Of a stretch of DNA of 64,000 nucleotides, positions 61,748-64,000 are shown piece after piece. The first letter of the stretch is position 1. Each line of letters begins with the position of its first letter. Below the pieces are notes generated by a model, which saw only the letters and a program-made list of their open reading frames with translations, ran no database searches and was not told where the DNA came from. This stretch comes from a phage. The DNA lies in sequence record PZ386972.1. The stretch is one strand, 5' to 3'. A program made the translations under genes and the position numbers.

Positions 61748-63508
61748 ATGGGTTTTTTCGCTGGAAAATATAGTGATGGTAAAACTGTATTATCACTAAA
61801 TACTGCTAGTGGTGGAGATATTAATGCTCATAAAAACCCTAGTACTAATACTATTTTTCATTCTGATATGCCCTTCGTATTAGTAGAAAGCACTTATGAG
61901 AGTGCATTAAGTAGTGCTGGGAATGGTTTCTATGTATGCCAGATGCCTTCTGCAATAGCTAACTTAAAGAGTAATGATCCTGGTAGAGTTATACTAACAG
62001 CTATAGAAGTTAATGGTACTCATCGTGGTTTTTTGAATGGTACTCAATCTCAAGTTGGGCAGTTTCTTTCTTCTACTCAGGCCGATCCTTTTAGATCATT
62101 TGCTAGCTTAAGTCAAACTGCTGGATTTGCTTTTGGTAATAGTCTAGCTTCAGGTACTTATTCCTATAATAGTTCTCTAGGGCATGAAGAATCTATAGCT
62201 AGAAGTGGTACTGGCGGTACTGTACTACATAGTACTTATCATGGTGTTGTAAGACCAGGTGGTGGTGCACCTGTAGGTGCTACTGTAGCTGAAACTTTCA
62301 AACAACTAGGGTATCCTATAGGAAGTACTTCTGTTCCTATATCTTCAGGTGATACGTACTATTGGGATCCTAACTGGATGGCTCCAATGGGGGCTGGTAA
62401 ACGTGGCCATAACTGGTTTTATGTATGTAATTCTAATATTAGGGGGTATGCTGGATACAAACAAACAATCCCTAGCAATATAGTACAGCACTTTAGTGAT
62501 GGGGGGTATAGATATGTTTGTAGAGGTTCTACTACTAAGTTAGTAAGTCAATCAGCTAATACAAAAATAGTTCAAGATGGCTACGGAGTAACCCCTACAA
62601 AAGTTATATGGTATGTACTAAACCTAAGGTATTCTAATGGTGGTATGTCTGTTTCTAGCAATCCCTTTACAGGTTCTGACATAATAATTTCTCCGTCCAA
62701 CTTTACTATTAAGGGAGTTAAGTTATCTACTACTGGTTGGAAGTTTATTAATCAGAATGCTCTAGGGAATCTAAGTTCTCGTGCTGATATGGAGTATATT
62801 GGAGTAAACGCTGCGCATGGTGGAGTGTTTGGGGATACTACTGGAAGATGTGAATTTGTATGCTCTAACAAAGGATCTATATGGGCACCAGTCAACTATA
62901 GTGGTACAAGAGCACAACTTAGTATTTATAAGTTCTCTGCTAGTAAGACCTGGTATGTAAACTCTAATAATAATACTATTGGTAATGAGAATGGTGTTGT
63001 CTGGGGACCTTCATCAATACCTTTACGCCTATTATCCGGTAATGTGGCTAGTGCCTATATTGGTAATGATATTACTCCGACCTATCCGGGCACTGGTAAT
63101 GTTTATAAATCCCTAGCAACAGTTGGATTAGGCCTACCCAATAATAACTCTACTGTTATACTAACTAGTGAAATATTATCGGGTAACCTTAATGTTGCTG
63201 GGTTACCAGTAAATACGTGGAATGGTAGTGTTTTTCAGGTGCAAGGAAGAAAATCACAAAGTTATACAGGAGGAGATGCTATATTTCACCAAATTTTAGT
63301 TCTTCCTCCCGGAAAGTTAGTACCTTTCCACACTACCTCCGCCTATAAATATACTCCAGATAGCGGAGCTTTTAGTAGAAACAGTTTTATATATACAATA
63401 AAAAATCTTGGTAATGGTAATGCAGAATTAGGTGTTATACTACACGTTAGTTTAGGTTCCGCAGTTTTCTTACCGAGACTACGAGTAACAGTTCAACGCC
63501 TTACCTAA
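61748..63508 (+). CDS. receptor-binding tail protein (pb5/Oad-like), by synteny
   Basis: 586 aa, Gly/Ser/Thr/Asn-rich; adjacent and divergent to llp-like gene. Confidence 0.45.
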   Translation: MGFFAGKYSDGKTVLSLNTASGGDINAHKNPSTNTIFHSDMPFVLVESTYESALSSAGNGFYVCQMPSAIANLKSNDPGRVILTAIEVNGTHRGFLNGTQSQVGQFLSSTQADPFRSFASLSQTAGFAFGNSLASGTYSYNSSLGHEESIARSGTGGTVLHSTYHGVVRPGGGAPVGATVAETFKQLGYPIGSTSVPISSGDTYYWDPNWMAPMGAGKRGHNWFYVCNSNIRGYAGYKQTIPSNIVQHFSDGGYRYVCRGSTTKLVSQSANTKIVQDGYGVTPTKVIWYVLNLRYSNGGMSVSSNPFTGSDIIISPSNFTIKGVKLSTTGWKFINQNALGNLSSRADMEYIGVNAAHGGVFGDTTGRCEFVCSNKGSIWAPVNYSGTRAQLSIYKFSASKTWYVNSNNNTIGNENGVVWGPSSIPLRLLSGNVASAYIGNDITPTYPGTGNVYKSLATVGLGLPNNNSTVILTSEILSGNLNVAGLPVNTWNGSVFQVQGRKSQSYTGGDAIFHQILVLPPGKLVPFHTTSAYKYTPDSGAFSRNSFIYTIKNLGNGNAELGVILHVSLGSAVFLPRLRVTVQRLT

Positions 63509-63518
63509 AGGAGGAAAT

Positions 63519-64000
63519 ATGGCAAATGATGTATTAGTACCAGATCTTATGTCCCCTGAAGGGATGGATGTGATTGAAGCTTATTTACAGTGTGGCAGCG
63601 ATGTGCCTTCTGCCGCACGTAGTCTTGGAATGTCCGAAATTGCTTTCCGAGATATTATGAATCGTAGTGAAGTTAAGAACTACTTAAACGATATTTTTAT
63701 GGAAAGTGGTTTCCGTAACAGAGACCGTTTGTTCGGTGTTCTAGATGAAGTTATTAAACGTAAGCTGGAGGAACTGGAAGAAACTGGCATGGGTTCTGAC
63801 CAGGATATTATGGATATTCTCTGGAAGGCACATAAAATGAAGATGGAAGAGATGAAAATGATGGTGGAGCTAGAAAAAGCTAAAGCTGCTGTCCGAGCTC
63901 CTGCTAGTCAGACCAATATCCAGAATAATATTATTGCTGGAGCTGGGGATCAAAACTACATGGACTTAATTACTTCCCTAGCTACTGGAGGTAAGAAGTA
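63519..64000 (+). CDS. HTH-containing protein (possible terminase small subunit or DNA-binding protein), 3' end beyond window
   Basis: Reading frame from ATG 63519 with GGAGG RBS runs to window end; [16 protein letters not shown] helix-turn-helix-like segment. Confidence 0.35.
   Translation, partial: MANDVLVPDLMSPEGMDVIEAYLQCGSDVPSAARSLGMSEIAFRDIMNRSEVKNYLNDIFMESGFRNRDRLFGVLDEVIKRKLEELEETGMGSDQDIMDILWKAHKMKMEEMKMMVELEKAKAAVRAPASQTNIQNNIIAGAGDQNYMDLITSLATGGKK

Noticed and set aside
1-64000. Prophage or temperate-phage interpretation (integrase, repressor, att sites)
   Set aside because: No integrase, recombinase or CI-like repressor recognisable; gene content (A1/dmp-like, large tRNA set, RNR/ThyA/DHFR block, M15 endolysin) fits a virulent T5-like phage.

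Overview
This 64 kb window reads as a T5-like (Demerecviridae-type) lytic coliphage genome in reverse orientation to the usual T5 map. All calls are from reading the sequence and the ORF track by eye; nothing was searched or folded computationally, and non-CDS coordinates are approximate (+/- 1-3 nt). Layout: (i) 1-7.9 kb, minus-strand early genes: a truncated helicase-like ATPase, two paralogous unknowns, a HAD phosphatase, a Sir2-family protein and anaerobic RNR NrdD. (ii) 8-21 kb, plus-strand nucleotide-metabolism block (PhoH, NrdA, HNH endonuclease, NrdB, DHFR, ThyA, RNase H, NADAR protein, DEDDh exonuclease, SleB-like hydrolase), each unit behind a near-identical T5-type promoter. (iii) 21.2-32.4 kb, a tRNA cluster: 26 tRNAs with encoded CCA, interspersed with small ORFs and several structured non-coding or tRNA-like segments. 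(iv) 32.5-49.2 kb, more early genes: GrcA-like glycyl-radical protein, spanin-like pair, dNMP kinase, ClpP-like protease, holin and endolysin, thioredoxin-like protein, two metallophosphoesterases. (v) 49.2-50.6 kb, a gene-poor repeat locus: eight copies of a 14-bp direct repeat, a G-depleted tract, iteron-like repeats and DnaA boxes. (vi) 50.6-60.1 kb, a pre-early/terminal-repeat-like module: an inverted-repeat-bounded block of minus-strand genes, a DnaA-box control region, then plus-strand genes including A1-like and dmp-like. (vii) 60.2-64 kb: small membrane-protein paralogs, an Llp-like lipoprotein divergent from a receptor-binding-protein-like gene, and a truncated HTH protein. The best candidates for undescribed biology are the repeat/iteron/inverted-repeat architecture at 49.5-54.8 kb, the structured RNAs inside the tRNA cluster, the Sir2 and NADAR genes, and a coupled small-ORF string carrying an in-frame TAG at 33.07-33.47 kb.
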